Assembly (NCBI GenBank): GCA_045863475.1
Contig: BTUR01000001.1
Location: 184,978 to 248,977, forward strand
From: Candidatus Campbellbacteria bacterium
GTDB taxonomy: Bacteria; Patescibacteriota; Minisyncoccia; Phycocordibacterales; EsbW-18
Length of the DNA stretch: 64,000 bases
Direction of reading: 5' to 3'
Below, one piece after another: positions 46,433 to 56,907 of the stretch (position 1 is the first letter of the stretch; each line of letters begins with the position of its first letter). Below the pieces are notes generated by a model. The model ran no database searches. It saw nothing but the letters and a program-made list of their open reading frames with translations, and was not told the DNA's origin. A program made the position numbers and the translations under genes.

Positions 46433-47983
46433 GTGCATACTCTCTCCGTGTCATTCGCAAAAACATACGGAGCACAGACCAATCTTTTGTCTGCACACAT
46501 AGTCGCTGCGGAAGTAGACGTCTCCGGTGGACTCCACGCATTTTCCATCGTGGGACTTCCCGACAAAGCAGTTGAAGAGTCACGCGACCGCGTGTCCGCC
46601 GCGATAAAAAATTCCGGATTCGAGTCGCCAAAAAGCAGGAATCAAAAAATCGTCATCTCACTTGCGCCTGCTGACATAAAAAAGGAGGGGCCATCGTTTG
46701 ATCTTGCTATTGCACTCTCCTATCTGCTCTCGCAAGACGACATTCGTTTCACTCCTGACAAAAAATTATTCCTCGGCGAACTCTCCCTTGATGGTGCGGT
46801 GCGCCGCGTCTCCGGCGTGCTCCCGTGCGTGCTCCACGCAAAACGCTCGGGATTTACTGAAGTATTCGTCCCAAAAGAAAACGTTCGCGAGGCGGCGCTG
46901 GTACACGGTATCGCTGTCTACGGTGTTGCAACACTGAAAGAACTCATCCAACACCTTGATGAAAAACAAAAAGAGCGCGTGCTCATTACACCGTCGGAAG
47001 AAACCCGCGTAGAAAGCACACCTCCCGCATATGCGGTGGACTTCCAAGACATACGCGGACAAGAAACAGGGAAACGCGCACTTGAAATCGCCGCAGCCGG
47101 AGGACACAACGTCGCACTCTGGGGACCGCCTGGCACCGGCAAGACACTTCTGGCACGCGCCCTCGCCGGCATTCTACCAACGCTGTCATTTGATGAGATG
47201 CTTGAGGTAACGAGTATTCACTCCGTTGCAGGAATACTCCGCGACGATGTCATAACCCACCCGCCGCTGCGCTCTCCGCACCACACGAGCTCGTACGTAT
47301 CACTAATAGGCGGCGGCGCATTCCCCAAACCCGGTGAGATAACACTCGCACACCGCGGCATCCTCTTTCTTGATGAATTTCCAGAGTTTGACCGTAGAGT
47401 CATCGAAGCACTGCGGCAACCGCTTGAAGAACGCGTTGTCTCGGTGTCGCGCGCAAAGGGGTCTGCACTCTTTCCGGCAGATACACTCACCGTTGTTGCG
47501 TTCAACCCGTGCCCGTGCGGCAAGTGGGGGAGCGCAACTGCGTGCACGTGCTCACCGCTCGTGCTTTCACGGTATCAGCGCAAGATGTCCGGACCCGTTA
47601 TGGATCGCATTGATTTGTGGGTTGAGATTCCGCCCGTTGAACACGCAACACTCGGCGAAACGGCAAGCGGTGAAAAAAGCGAGACGGTTCGTGCACGCGT
47701 AAACTCGGCACGTGAATTGCAACGAAACCGGCTTGCATCGTTTGAAAAAAGAAAAAACAGCGAGATGTCGGTGCGTGATCTCGACGCGCTCGTCCCGCTG
47801 AATGCGGAGACGCGCGCACTCCTCAACGAGTCAGCCGAAACACTGGGACTCTCCGCGCGCGGATATCACCGCGTTATCAAAACAGCGCGCACTATTGCCG
47901 ACTTGGACGGTTCAGAAAATGTCGAGACACGTCATATTCTGGAAGCGCTTCAGTACCGGCCGAAGTCACTGTTCTCGGTATAA
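46433..47983 (+). CDS. comM: YifB/ComM-family Mg-chelatase-like AAA+ ATPase
   Basis: N-terminal Lon-protease-like domain; Walker A GPPGTGKT; ILFLDEFPEF; C-terminal LSARGYHRVIKTARTIADL. Confidence 0.85.
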   Translation: MHTLSVSFAKTYGAQTNLLSAHIVAAEVDVSGGLHAFSIVGLPDKAVEESRDRVSAAIKNSGFESPKSRNQKIVISLAPADIKKEGPSFDLAIALSYLLSQDDIRFTPDKKLFLGELSLDGAVRRVSGVLPCVLHAKRSGFTEVFVPKENVREAALVHGIAVYGVATLKELIQHLDEKQKERVLITPSEETRVESTPPAYAVDFQDIRGQETGKRALEIAAAGGHNVALWGPPGTGKTLLARALAGILPTLSFDEMLEVTSIHSVAGILRDDVITHPPLRSPHHTSSYVSLIGGGAFPKPGEITLAHRGILFLDEFPEFDRRVIEALRQPLEERVVSVSRAKGSALFPADTLTVVAFNPCPCGKWGSATACTCSPLVLSRYQRKMSGPVMDRIDLWVEIPPVEHATLGETASGEKSETVRARVNSARELQRNRLASFEKRKNSEMSVRDLDALVPLNAETRALLNESAETLGLSARGYHRVIKTARTIADLDGSENVETRHILEALQYRPKSLFSV

Positions 47984-48076
47984 AACAAAACACCCCGGCA
48001 TGCCGGGGTGTTTTGCGGTCTCGGATATCTCTAGATCAAAACCCGTAGTACGCTTGCGCGCGCTACCGGCTCTTTC

Positions 48077-49087
48077 CTAGAACGGATTGGCTGCACCACG
48101 CACTTCAAAGTGTACGTGTGAACCCGTCGAGCGTCCTGTTGAACCGACGTAACCGATGACATCTCCCTGTGCAACCGTCTGTCCGACTGTTACCGCGTTA
48201 CTGCTGTTGTGCGCATACAACGTCTGTGTGCCATTGCCGTGTTTAATAACGACATAGTTGCCGTATCCTCCGCTCCAACCGCCCGTGCTTGCAATGATGA
48301 CTTCACCTGCAGCCGCAGCATAGATAGGTGTACCCGCACGTGCCGCAATATCAATACCGTTGTGTCCGTGCAATCCTTGTGAGCGCGTACCGTTAACCGG
48401 GCGCAGGTAGTACCCCGCGTAGGATGGTCCTGCGTACGAGCGTGAACCACCGGACGAACTCGACGGTGCCGGTGCCGCAATCTCACCGTCCGGAATAATA
48501 ACTTCTTCTCCGACGGTCAGTGACGCACCTTTCTCCAAACCGTTGTATGACAGAATTTCATCGGCATCACCTTTGTATTTCTTGGCGATTGAGGCAACGG
48601 TGTCACCCTTCTTCACCACGTGTCGAATGCCGGTAACAGGAAGAATAACGAGCGTCTGTCCGGGACGAATGGTTGATTTACCAATCATGTCGTTTGCCCA
48701 GCGAATGGTGTTGATGGAAACGGAGAACATTTCGGCAATCTGGGACAGTGTGTCACCTTCGCGCACAACGTATACGGAAATCTGGTCTGACGACGCCTTA
48801 CGCGCCTCAGCAGCCATTGGGTTCTCATCCGCCGCAAGCGCATCACCCCCGACAATAGAGGACGGGGAAGCAACGGCAAGCTTTGGGTTCGGGTTTTCCG
48901 TGCTTTGGAGTAGCGGCATGGAAATGGAGGTGAGGTGAACGTTTGAAAACTGCTCCTGAGCGCCTACGGACGGCAGTGCACCATACATACCGATAAGCCC
49001 TCCGTACGAGACGAAGGGGAGAACGGTCGCTGCGAAACGGAAAGCAAGGTGCTTCCAAAAACGTCCCGAGAGAGCCCTATCTTTCAT
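48077..49087 (-). CDS. M23-family peptidase with two LysM domains
   Basis: LysM motifs (DTLSQIAEMFSVSINTIRWAN; DTVASIAKKYKGDADEILSYNGL) and the M23 core GIDIAARAGTPIYAAAAGEV...HVHFEV. Confidence 0.8.
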   Translation of the reverse strand: MKDRALSGRFWKHLAFRFAATVLPFVSYGGLIGMYGALPSVGAQEQFSNVHLTSISMPLLQSTENPNPKLAVASPSSIVGGDALAADENPMAAEARKASSDQISVYVVREGDTLSQIAEMFSVSINTIRWANDMIGKSTIRPGQTLVILPVTGIRHVVKKGDTVASIAKKYKGDADEILSYNGLEKGASLTVGEEVIIPDGEIAAPAPSSSSGGSRSYAGPSYAGYYLRPVNGTRSQGLHGHNGIDIAARAGTPIYAAAAGEVIIASTGGWSGGYGNYVVIKHGNGTQTLYAHNSSNAVTVGQTVAQGDVIGYVGSTGRSTGSHVHFEVRGAANPF

Positions 49088-49490
49088 TCGGCCAGCAAAA
49101 TGCGACGCTGAAGAACCGAAATCCCGATAAAAATGTATTATATGACTGCGTTAGGTTGTAATGCCCCCGTTTCAGCAAGTGGGACCGCCCTTTTGGAGAG
49201 GTCCGAGAATCATCCACTTCAGAACACCTTCAATTCTACGTGTCCGACACTCCATGGGCAACGGCTTGGTGGATAAACTGAGGAATGCGCGTGGAGTCAA
49301 AAACGGCTTATTAGAGCCGTTTTTTGTCTCTCATGGTCACCACAAACCCTTGTCTAAATGCCAGTTTTATTGTAAAAAACAAATGAATGTAACCTTTCAT
49401 CGATTGACAAATTCTAAAAAACAACACAAAATCAACGCAGATAGTCCTGAATCGGCGCATTTGAGCGCCAACACTTCAAAAGGAGGGTGC

Positions 49491-49673
49491 ATGACCAGTA
49501 TTCCCGGATTTTTCATCGGCCTAGCAATACTCATCGCGTCACTGGCGGTGGGTCTGAAGAACGGGAACGAAGTCGTCTTCGGCCTCTGCCTGGTTGCCGC
49601 CTTCGTGGGTCTCGGGGTGGCCATCGCCAGTTCGACGCCGGAGGCGGAGGTTCTCTCACGGGATAGCATCTGA
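49491..49673 (+). CDS. small two-TM membrane protein
   Basis: AAAGGAGGG ribosome-binding site; MTSIPGFFIGLAILIASLAVGL...LCLVAAFVGLGVAIA. Confidence 0.4.
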   Translation: MTSIPGFFIGLAILIASLAVGLKNGNEVVFGLCLVAAFVGLGVAIASSTPEAEVLSRDSI

Positions 49674-49675
49674 CC

Positions 49676-50119
49676 ATGGAGACCTTCGTGCAGGTCGCCG
49701 TTCTGTCTCTCATCGCCCTTTTCCTCGTCGCGTTCTTCTGGGTCATCGCCATGTTCATCTGCAATGGCGCTAAGGGGGATGATTATGGCCCGGAAGAGCA
49801 GGGGGCGGGGAGGCTCGACGACGTCCTTCCGGAGGACACCGCCGGCTGGGAAGCGCTCCCGTTCGGGGTGACGTGCCGCATCCTCTACCAGATGATTGAC
49901 TGCGAGCGGGGGAAGTGGGACTGGTACATCACACTGCGGTGGATGGAGGAAGACGAGTATCTAGAGCAGACCTTCCTCATTCCGAATGCGGTGATGTCTG
50001 AGGAGTCACCCGCCTTCGGCGCAATCCTCCCGAACTTCGCGGACAAGTGCATCGTCTTCGAGAAGGTTCCGGAGACCAAGTTGCACTACGTCGTCTTTAA
50101 GGTCTTTCCGTGCCCATAA
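49676..50119 (+). CDS. hypothetical membrane-anchored protein
   Basis: 147-aa ORF with N-terminal TM; high GC; terminator at about 50126-50160. Confidence 0.4.
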   Translation: METFVQVAVLSLIALFLVAFFWVIAMFICNGAKGDDYGPEEQGAGRLDDVLPEDTAGWEALPFGVTCRILYQMIDCERGKWDWYITLRWMEEDEYLEQTFLIPNAVMSEESPAFGAILPNFADKCIVFEKVPETKLHYVVFKVFPCP

Positions 50120-50188
50120 GGGCCCACGCCGTCCCGGCATCTCGGGACGGCGGTTCTTTTTAGGTGCGTGGTATCATGCCAGGCAACC

Positions 50189-52114
50189 ATGTCACACCTC
50201 GACGGTCTTAATCCGGCACAAAAAAGAGCAGTGGAGCATATGAGCGGTCCGCTTTTGATTATCGCCGGCGCCGGAACGGGTAAAACGCGCGTCATCACAC
50301 ATCGCATCCTCAATCTCATCAACGCAGGTGTCCTGCCGGAGAAAATTCTTGCCATCACATTCACCAATAAAGCCGCCGGCGAGATGCGCGAGCGCGTTTT
50401 TAAACTCCTGCCGCCGGGAAGTCCCGCGCCGTTCATCGGCACGTTTCATGCGCTTGGCGTGAAAATCCTCCGGGAAAATCACCGTCTCCTCAACATTCCG
50501 AAGTTTTTCTCGATTTTCGACCGCGACGATTCAATTTCTACGATTAAGCGCATACTCCGCGACCTCGGACTAGACCCAAAACAGCATTCGCCCTCCGCGT
50601 TCCTCTCCGTTATTTCAAAAAATAAAAACGAAGCGCGTCCGCTCTCTGAATTCCGTGAGAAAGCGAACACGCTGTTTGAACGCATGACGGTTCCCGTGTG
50701 GGAGCGGTACAGCGAAGCACTCGCTCAGGAAAAAGCATTCGACTTTGACGATCTTTTACTTGCAACACTCTCGCTTTTCAAAAAGTATCCCGACATTTTG
50801 CGGGAGTATCAAAACCGCTGGTCGCACATCCACGTTGATGAGTACCAAGACACGAACACCGTGCAGTACGAACTCACACAACTCCTCTCCGGTGCGCACA
50901 AAAATATCTGCGTGGTCGGTGACCACGATCAGTGCATCTACACATGGCGCTCAGCCGACATGCGCAACCTCTCACGCTTTGAAGAAGATTTCCGTGACGT
51001 CACGGTTGTGACACTCGAAGAAAATTACCGCTCAACACAAACCATCCTCACCGCCGCAAACCGCGCCATTTCGCAAAACGAAATGCGCAAAGAAAAAAAT
51101 CTGTTCACCAGCGGGTCGGAAGGGGAGAAAATTGAGCTGTACACCGCCGCATCTGAGACCGATGAAGCACAATGGGTGGCGTCACGCGCACAGGAACTCA
51201 TTGACGCAGGTGTTCCGGAAAATGAAATTGCCGTGTTGTTCCGCGCAAACTTCCAATCACGCGCGCTTGAAGAGGCGTTTCTCAACGCGCGTGTTTCGTA
51301 TCAAGTGCTCGGCACACGGTTCTTTGAACGCCGTGAAGTAAAAGACGTGCTCTCATACATCGTCGCGGCGCTTAATCCCGACAACACAACCGCACTAGCA
51401 CGCATCATCAATGTCCCTGCGCGCGGCATCGGAAAAACAACACTTCTCAAAATATTTTCCGGGCAAGAGCACCTGCTCCCCCCAAAAATGAAAGAGAAAG
51501 TGACCGCATTTCGAACTCTTCTGTCGCGCATCGCCGACTTCTCGCACGCACACAAGCCGTCTGATGTCGTGAAATTCGTCGTGAAAGAAAGCGGTATCGA
51601 GCACGAACTCGCACACGGCACCGACGACGAACACGAGCGCCTTGGCAACATCCGTGAATTGGCAACGCTTGCCGTGCGCTACGACGCACTGCCCGCAGAC
51701 GAAGGCCTGCATACGTTTTTGGAAACCGCACTCCTAGCCGGTGACCAGGATTCACTGAAAAACGACGAGGCCTCGGTAAAACTTATGACCATTCACGCGG
51801 CAAAAGGTTTAGAGTTTGCGCACGTGTTTATTACGGGACTTGAAGAAGGATTGTTCCCCGATGAGCGCAGTACTCTGCGCGAAACACCGGAAGAGCGCGA
51901 GGAAGAGCGCCGGCTCTTCTATGTCGCGCTCACCCGCGCAAAGAAACAAGCACACCTCTCGCACGCCCTCATGCGCACCATCTTCGGTACGCCATCAATG
52001 AACGTTCCGTCGCAATTCATCACCGAACTCGACGCCGAGCTTGTGCGCGACGTTACGCCGCAGGATTCGTGGCGACCCGGAAGCGGAAAGGGGCTGCTTG
52101 ATATTGAGTTTTAG
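50189..52114 (+). CDS. pcrA: ATP-dependent DNA helicase, UvrD/PcrA family
   Basis: LNPAQKRAVEHMSGPLLIIAGAGTGKTRVITHRI, DEYQDTN, ...ATLAVRYDAL...MTIHAAKGLEF... are superfamily 1 helicase motifs. Confidence 0.85.
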   Translation: MSHLDGLNPAQKRAVEHMSGPLLIIAGAGTGKTRVITHRILNLINAGVLPEKILAITFTNKAAGEMRERVFKLLPPGSPAPFIGTFHALGVKILRENHRLLNIPKFFSIFDRDDSISTIKRILRDLGLDPKQHSPSAFLSVISKNKNEARPLSEFREKANTLFERMTVPVWERYSEALAQEKAFDFDDLLLATLSLFKKYPDILREYQNRWSHIHVDEYQDTNTVQYELTQLLSGAHKNICVVGDHDQCIYTWRSADMRNLSRFEEDFRDVTVVTLEENYRSTQTILTAANRAISQNEMRKEKNLFTSGSEGEKIELYTAASETDEAQWVASRAQELIDAGVPENEIAVLFRANFQSRALEEAFLNARVSYQVLGTRFFERREVKDVLSYIVAALNPDNTTALARIINVPARGIGKTTLLKIFSGQEHLLPPKMKEKVTAFRTLLSRIADFSHAHKPSDVVKFVVKESGIEHELAHGTDDEHERLGNIRELATLAVRYDALPADEGLHTFLETALLAGDQDSLKNDEASVKLMTIHAAKGLEFAHVFITGLEEGLFPDERSTLRETPEEREEERRLFYVALTRAKKQAHLSHALMRTIFGTPSMNVPSQFITELDAELVRDVTPQDSWRPGSGKGLLDIEF

Positions 52115-52200
52115 GGAACAGGGAACAGATGACGGGGAACAGGAGCGAGAAAGGAAACCTGCTATCATATTCCTAATCACCGTTCCCCGTTCCCCGTACC
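52114..52200. repeat. GGGAACAGGGAAC motif in inverted-repeat configuration between pcrA and rsmA
   Basis: TAG|GGAACAGGGAACAGATGACGGGGAACAGG at 52114-52143, and CCGTTCCCCGTTCCCCG (reverse complement) at 52181-52197. Confidence 0.5.
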
Positions 52201-52208
52201 CTACTCTC

Positions 52209-52994
52209 ATGGCCCACCGCGCAAAAAAACACCTCGGACAAAACTTTCTAAAATCAAAAGTGGTTGTTGCAAAAATGGTTGCCGCCGCGGATATCCTTGA
52301 AGGTGATGTTGTGCTTGAAATCGGACCGGGGAAGGGGGTACTGACTGAAGCACTCTTACAAACCGGATGCGTCGTCGTTGCAATTGAGAAAGACCGCGAG
52401 CTTCTGCCTCTCTTGCAGGAAAAATTTCAAAAAGAAATCGCCGCAAACAAACTTCATCTCATTGAAGACGACATACTGCAGTTTTCTCCTGAAAAAAACA
52501 CCTTGCTCTCGCACGGATACAAGCTCGTCGCTAATATTCCGTACTACATCACCGGAGAAATACTGGAAAAGTTCCTCTCAAATCAGCACGCGCCTTCGTG
52601 TGCGGTGCTTTTGGTTCAAAAAGAAGTTGCACAACGCGTGGTCGCGCGTGACGGACGCGAAAGCATTCTCTCAATCTCGGTGAAAGCATTCGGTACGCCG
52701 AAAATCGTGACCGCCGTTCCGAAAAAATATTTCTCACCCGCGCCAAAAGTTGACTCCGCTGTACTTCTCATCAACAACATCACCAAAAACAATTTCAAAG
52801 ACATGTCCGAAAAAAGATTTTTTGAAATCGTAAAAACCGGGTTCGCGCACAAACGCAAGGTGCTGACCTCAAACCTCTCGTCGCTTTTTCCAAAAGAGAC
52901 GCTCGGAGCATTTTTCAAAGAACACGGACGCCCATTGAGCGTCCGTGCGGAAGAGTTGTCTTTGTCTGACTGGTTGTCACTTAGCCGTCGCTGA
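52209..52994 (+). CDS. rsmA: 16S rRNA (adenine1518/1519-N6)-dimethyltransferase
   Basis: AKKHLGQNFL...VLEIGPGKGVLTEALL...NIPYYIT. Confidence 0.85.
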   Translation: MAHRAKKHLGQNFLKSKVVVAKMVAAADILEGDVVLEIGPGKGVLTEALLQTGCVVVAIEKDRELLPLLQEKFQKEIAANKLHLIEDDILQFSPEKNTLLSHGYKLVANIPYYITGEILEKFLSNQHAPSCAVLLVQKEVAQRVVARDGRESILSISVKAFGTPKIVTAVPKKYFSPAPKVDSAVLLINNITKNNFKDMSEKRFFEIVKTGFAHKRKVLTSNLSSLFPKETLGAFFKEHGRPLSVRAEELSLSDWLSLSRR

Positions 52995-53451
52995 GCAGTG
53001 ATGTTCCCATGTTGAGCAGGTAGCCGTCACCGGCGCCGGTGACCGGCGAGCATCCGGTTGAACTAATTGCCCAGCACGTCGCACCGCCCGTATACGGAAT
53101 GTAATTGCCGACGACATTCGCCTGTGATCCCGGCCATATTGCGTAGTATTCGTAGATGCGCGGAATACCCATGGACAACCAGTCGGGAAAGCCGATACCG
53201 AGTTTCTCAAGAAACTGCAGGAGATAAAAGTAAATAATGCGGTACTCCGTATATGTTGTCTTGTCGTACACCGTAAAAATGATGAATCCGCACGTGCATG
53301 TTTGATAGTCCACGTTCACGATATAGCCACCAAACGGCCTGACGAACTGCGCTTCGGCCCTACGGGAGAAAAACGGAGAGAATGAGGTGAGCAAAACCAA
53401 CGAAAGCGTGGCGAGGGAGATAAGTGTTCGTTGTACTGGTGCGGAATTCAT
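52981..53451 (-). CDS. hypothetical secreted protein
   Basis: Start taken at MNSAPVQRTLISLATLSLVLLTSFSPFFSRRAEA (signal peptide). Confidence 0.4.
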   Translation of the reverse strand: MNSAPVQRTLISLATLSLVLLTSFSPFFSRRAEAQFVRPFGGYIVNVDYQTCTCGFIIFTVYDKTTYTEYRIIYFYLLQFLEKLGIGFPDWLSMGIPRIYEYYAIWPGSQANVVGNYIPYTGGATCWAISSTGCSPVTGAGDGYLLNMGTSLLSDG

Positions 53452-53455
53452 ATAT

Positions 53456-54133
53456 TTAGAAGATAAACGAGAAGGGGATAAAGTTGCTCCGCTCATTCCG
53501 TCCGTTGATAACACCGATTTGGTATTCCATCGTTCCGGCCGCATCTCTGAAAAAGTCCCCGTGCTCTTCCAAAAAATCCTCAGGAAACGGCCCTTGTACA
53601 GTAAACGTAAGTGTTTCACCGTCCGGCGAGTCAATCAAACCCCACTCCTCAAACGCAGAGCCAACACGGTTTCCTGTGGCGGTGAACCCCGTGCCATATA
53701 TTGTCACTTCCGTGCCCACACCACCGCTTTTTGGTTCAATACCCAGTATTTTCAACACATAACGCTCATCCGGGCGCTTTGAATCAGTAACTTGAGATGC
53801 CAGTAGATGTGCACGAGTCGAGCGCCCAAAAAACCCCGTTCCGGCAAAAAGACCAAGTGGTGTAAGGATTTCTGAGGCGTGTGCCTCCTGATACCGGCGC
53901 ACGGCATCCGCCGTCAACAACCCAAAATACATTGTTTCGTTCCCCGGAGAGCCGGGGCCGAGCGCGGCAATTTGTGTTCGCTCATCTTCATTAAGCAGTC
54001 GCTGAAGTTCAAGCACATCCTGTCCGCTATCGCCAAGTGAGAGATCGCGAGAAAATGTTGCCGCAAAAACAAAAAGTGGGGCAAAAAACAAGAATACAGC
54101 TATACCCAGAAATCCTGAAAAAGAGGTGCGCAT
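53456..54133 (-). CDS. secreted protein with a peptidoglycan-binding-like domain and a C-terminal beta-rich domain
   Basis: Signal peptide; LSLGDSGQDVLELQRLLNE is PG_binding_1-like. Confidence 0.5.
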   Translation of the reverse strand: MRTSFSGFLGIAVFLFFAPLFVFAATFSRDLSLGDSGQDVLELQRLLNEDERTQIAALGPGSPGNETMYFGLLTADAVRRYQEAHASEILTPLGLFAGTGFFGRSTRAHLLASQVTDSKRPDERYVLKILGIEPKSGGVGTEVTIYGTGFTATGNRVGSAFEEWGLIDSPDGETLTFTVQGPFPEDFLEEHGDFFRDAAGTMEYQIGVINGRNERSNFIPFSFIF

Positions 54134-54193
54134 AGGAATAGTATAACGTAAAATAAACGGTAAAGAACCCGCACGTCGTGCGGGTGGGGATGT

Positions 54194-55189
54194 ATGGATA
54201 CCACACGAACCACACCAAGCAGTAAGATTGTCGCGCTCGCCATCATTGTCGTCGCTGTTGTGGTTGCGTCGTGGCTCATCAAATTCGGAGGGAAGACCGA
54301 AGGAGTTGCCGATACGCGCTTTACGACCTCAGACGCTCAAAAAACATACGTGAATGAAACCGACACCGATGGGGACGGACTAAAGGATTGGGAAGAGTCG
54401 CTGTGGGGATTTAATCCAAAAAATGCTGACTCCGACGGGGATGGCATCAATGACGGCGCCGAAAAACAGGAACTACAGGCACAGATACTCACGCAACAAG
54501 AAGCATTTGCACAGCTTCTCGACCCCACACAGGACCCGAATTGGGAATCGCTCTCGTACACCGAACAGGTGACCGGACGACTCCTTGCTGACTACCTCAC
54601 ATTCAAACAGACCGGTCGTGCGCTCACCGAGAAAGACGCTGCCGCGCTCGTTGAAAATCTTCCGACATATGAGATTCCAACCAAGGCGGCACCGCGCGTG
54701 TACTCACTCACCGAACTGCGTCTCTCAAATGCAGCAGGAGAAGGCGCGTTGTACGCGTACGGAAACGAAGTTGGTTCCGTGCTTTCAGTTCCCGAGAATG
54801 AAACCGCTCCAAACGAACTCCTCGTGCTCGTGTCATTCATGCGTTCGGGTGACGACGCGGTATTTGTACGCGACCTGCAAATCGTTATTACTCAATACAA
54901 CACGGTAATTTCCGAACTGCTTGCCATCACAGTTCCAAAAAGCATTGTCGTCGAACACCTTGGTGTCATCAACGCGCTGTCTGCAGTACAAAATGATCTT
55001 CGTTCTTTCTACAGCTTTACGGAAGATCCATTCCTCGCGCTTTCAGTGTTCACTGCATATAATGAAAGTACGACGCAACGCGACGAGGCGTTCGACGCAT
55101 TGCGCGCGGCCCTCGCGGATGAGGGTGTTGCATACCCAGAAACGGAACCGGGATACGTACTTATGAGCGCCGCTTCTCTATCACTATGA
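54194..55189 (+). CDS. membrane-anchored protein with thrombospondin-type-3-like Ca2+-binding repeats
   Basis: N-terminal TM; DTDGDGLKDWEE and DSDGDGINDGAE repeats. Confidence 0.5.
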   Translation: MDTTRTTPSSKIVALAIIVVAVVVASWLIKFGGKTEGVADTRFTTSDAQKTYVNETDTDGDGLKDWEESLWGFNPKNADSDGDGINDGAEKQELQAQILTQQEAFAQLLDPTQDPNWESLSYTEQVTGRLLADYLTFKQTGRALTEKDAAALVENLPTYEIPTKAAPRVYSLTELRLSNAAGEGALYAYGNEVGSVLSVPENETAPNELLVLVSFMRSGDDAVFVRDLQIVITQYNTVISELLAITVPKSIVVEHLGVINALSAVQNDLRSFYSFTEDPFLALSVFTAYNESTTQRDEAFDALRAALADEGVAYPETEPGYVLMSAASLSL

Positions 55190-56904
55190 TTTCCCTTTTT
55201 CGAACAACAACTACCCAAAAATGCTTCGCTGTCGTCCTTCTTGTTATCTTCTCCTTCGGCGTTATATCCTCCGCATACCCGCATCCCGCCTACGCACAGA
55301 GCACGGAGGAAGAAACTACGTACTACGACGGTCCGTCATTTGATGAACTGTTTGAGAAATACGCTGAACAGTGCGCGACCGCAGCGGCCATCGACCTTGT
55401 TCTGGGCGCAGTGCTAAGTGTGATACCGACATCGGTACCAACTGCTCCTTGGCCAACTATCATCAAAGAAAGCATAAAAGACTGTCTCGTGTCTGCGACA
55501 AAGTTTGCACTGCTTGAACTCATCACCGGACAAGCCGTCGGCTGGGCGCAACGCGGGTACGGCGGTAATCCGTCATTCGTACAAAATATCTCGCAGTATC
55601 TTCTCTCTATCGCCGACTCCGTCGCCGGAAGTTACATTGAACGCACAACCGCCGGACAATTTCTCTGCTCGCCATTCCGCGCCGAGATTCAACTCGCACT
55701 TACGCGCTACTACCAGGCACAGTCAGGGCGTGCATTTCCGTACGGACAATCAAGTTGCACCTTAACCGGTATCGCAAGTAACGTTGACGCGTTTCTCGCC
55801 GGTGACTTTTATTCCGGTGGTTGGGAATCATGGATAGAGTTGTCCACCAATTCATATCTCACGCCGTACGGCGCATACCTCGAGTCAGCCGCTGCACTTG
55901 AAAAAGAGGTTGAGGAGGCGACCACAGAAGCTGAAAAGAAACTCGAATTTGGAAGCGGTTTCTTGAGTAAAGAAACCCAGAACTGCTACGAGACACAAGA
56001 GACTCTTGAAGACGGTACCGTCGTTACGTTCCAGGAGTGCGATCCACCGCAAGTGGTCACCCCGGGTGAGACGGTGAAATCCAGTTTGGAAAAAGCATTC
56101 GGTGTAAAACTTGACGCAATCGTCGCAGCCGACGAGCTCAACGAGATCATCTCGCTCGTCGCCGTCTACCTCCTGACCGACGTTCTCACCCAAGATGAGG
56201 GTCTCACCGGCTACAACTACACCGAGGAGTTTGAAGAACCACTCGTTGATGTCGAGGACCCGAACACCTATCCGGGTGGAGGCGGCGGGCAGTGCACACC
56301 AACAGACCCAGAACCCGGCACACTCGGATCAAGTATCACCTATACGCCATCAGCGATAAACGATTTCTTTGCCGGCAACATACCGCTTCCCTCGGGTAAA
56401 CGCTGGGGTGATTACCGGCGCGTTGCAATTACCTTTGACCTTACCGTAGGCGCGTGGAACGGGCCCGGAGAGCAGTACAACGTTGTGTGGCTCAACCGCG
56501 GCGGTAATGATTGGGGCGGTGGCGCAAACCGCGTTATAGAGGTAGCGGCGGTGCACACAACTGGTACCAATCTGCGCGCCGTCACGCAAGTAGACAGCTG
56601 TACGATAGACAGCAGCAACCGTAAGTCTCAGCGCATAGCACTACAACCTGGAGAGACGTATGCCTTTACGATTGACTACGAGCCGGGAGCAAATCGTGCA
56701 CGACTTACCGTGCATCGAGGCAACAATCAAATACTGTCTATGAATCTTGACCCGACCGTAGACTTTCTCTCAAGCACAAACTCAGAAAACCAAACGGGGT
56801 ACTATCTCCAACTTGGCGCGGAAGGAAGCGTGCAGGGGAATGAGGGAAACACGGACGGTTGGAGATGGAGTGATATCACTGTTGAGTTTGAACCGGGGAA
56901 CTAA
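55186..56904 (+). CDS. large secreted hypothetical protein
   Basis: 572 aa; signal peptide ending AYA; 4-nt overlap with the upstream gene (operon). Confidence 0.5.
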   Translation: MISLFRTTTTQKCFAVVLLVIFSFGVISSAYPHPAYAQSTEEETTYYDGPSFDELFEKYAEQCATAAAIDLVLGAVLSVIPTSVPTAPWPTIIKESIKDCLVSATKFALLELITGQAVGWAQRGYGGNPSFVQNISQYLLSIADSVAGSYIERTTAGQFLCSPFRAEIQLALTRYYQAQSGRAFPYGQSSCTLTGIASNVDAFLAGDFYSGGWESWIELSTNSYLTPYGAYLESAAALEKEVEEATTEAEKKLEFGSGFLSKETQNCYETQETLEDGTVVTFQECDPPQVVTPGETVKSSLEKAFGVKLDAIVAADELNEIISLVAVYLLTDVLTQDEGLTGYNYTEEFEEPLVDVEDPNTYPGGGGGQCTPTDPEPGTLGSSITYTPSAINDFFAGNIPLPSGKRWGDYRRVAITFDLTVGAWNGPGEQYNVVWLNRGGNDWGGGANRVIEVAAVHTTGTNLRAVTQVDSCTIDSSNRKSQRIALQPGETYAFTIDYEPGANRARLTVHRGNNQILSMNLDPTVDFLSSTNSENQTGYYLQLGAEGSVQGNEGNTDGWRWSDITVEFEPGN

Positions 56905-56907
56905 CGT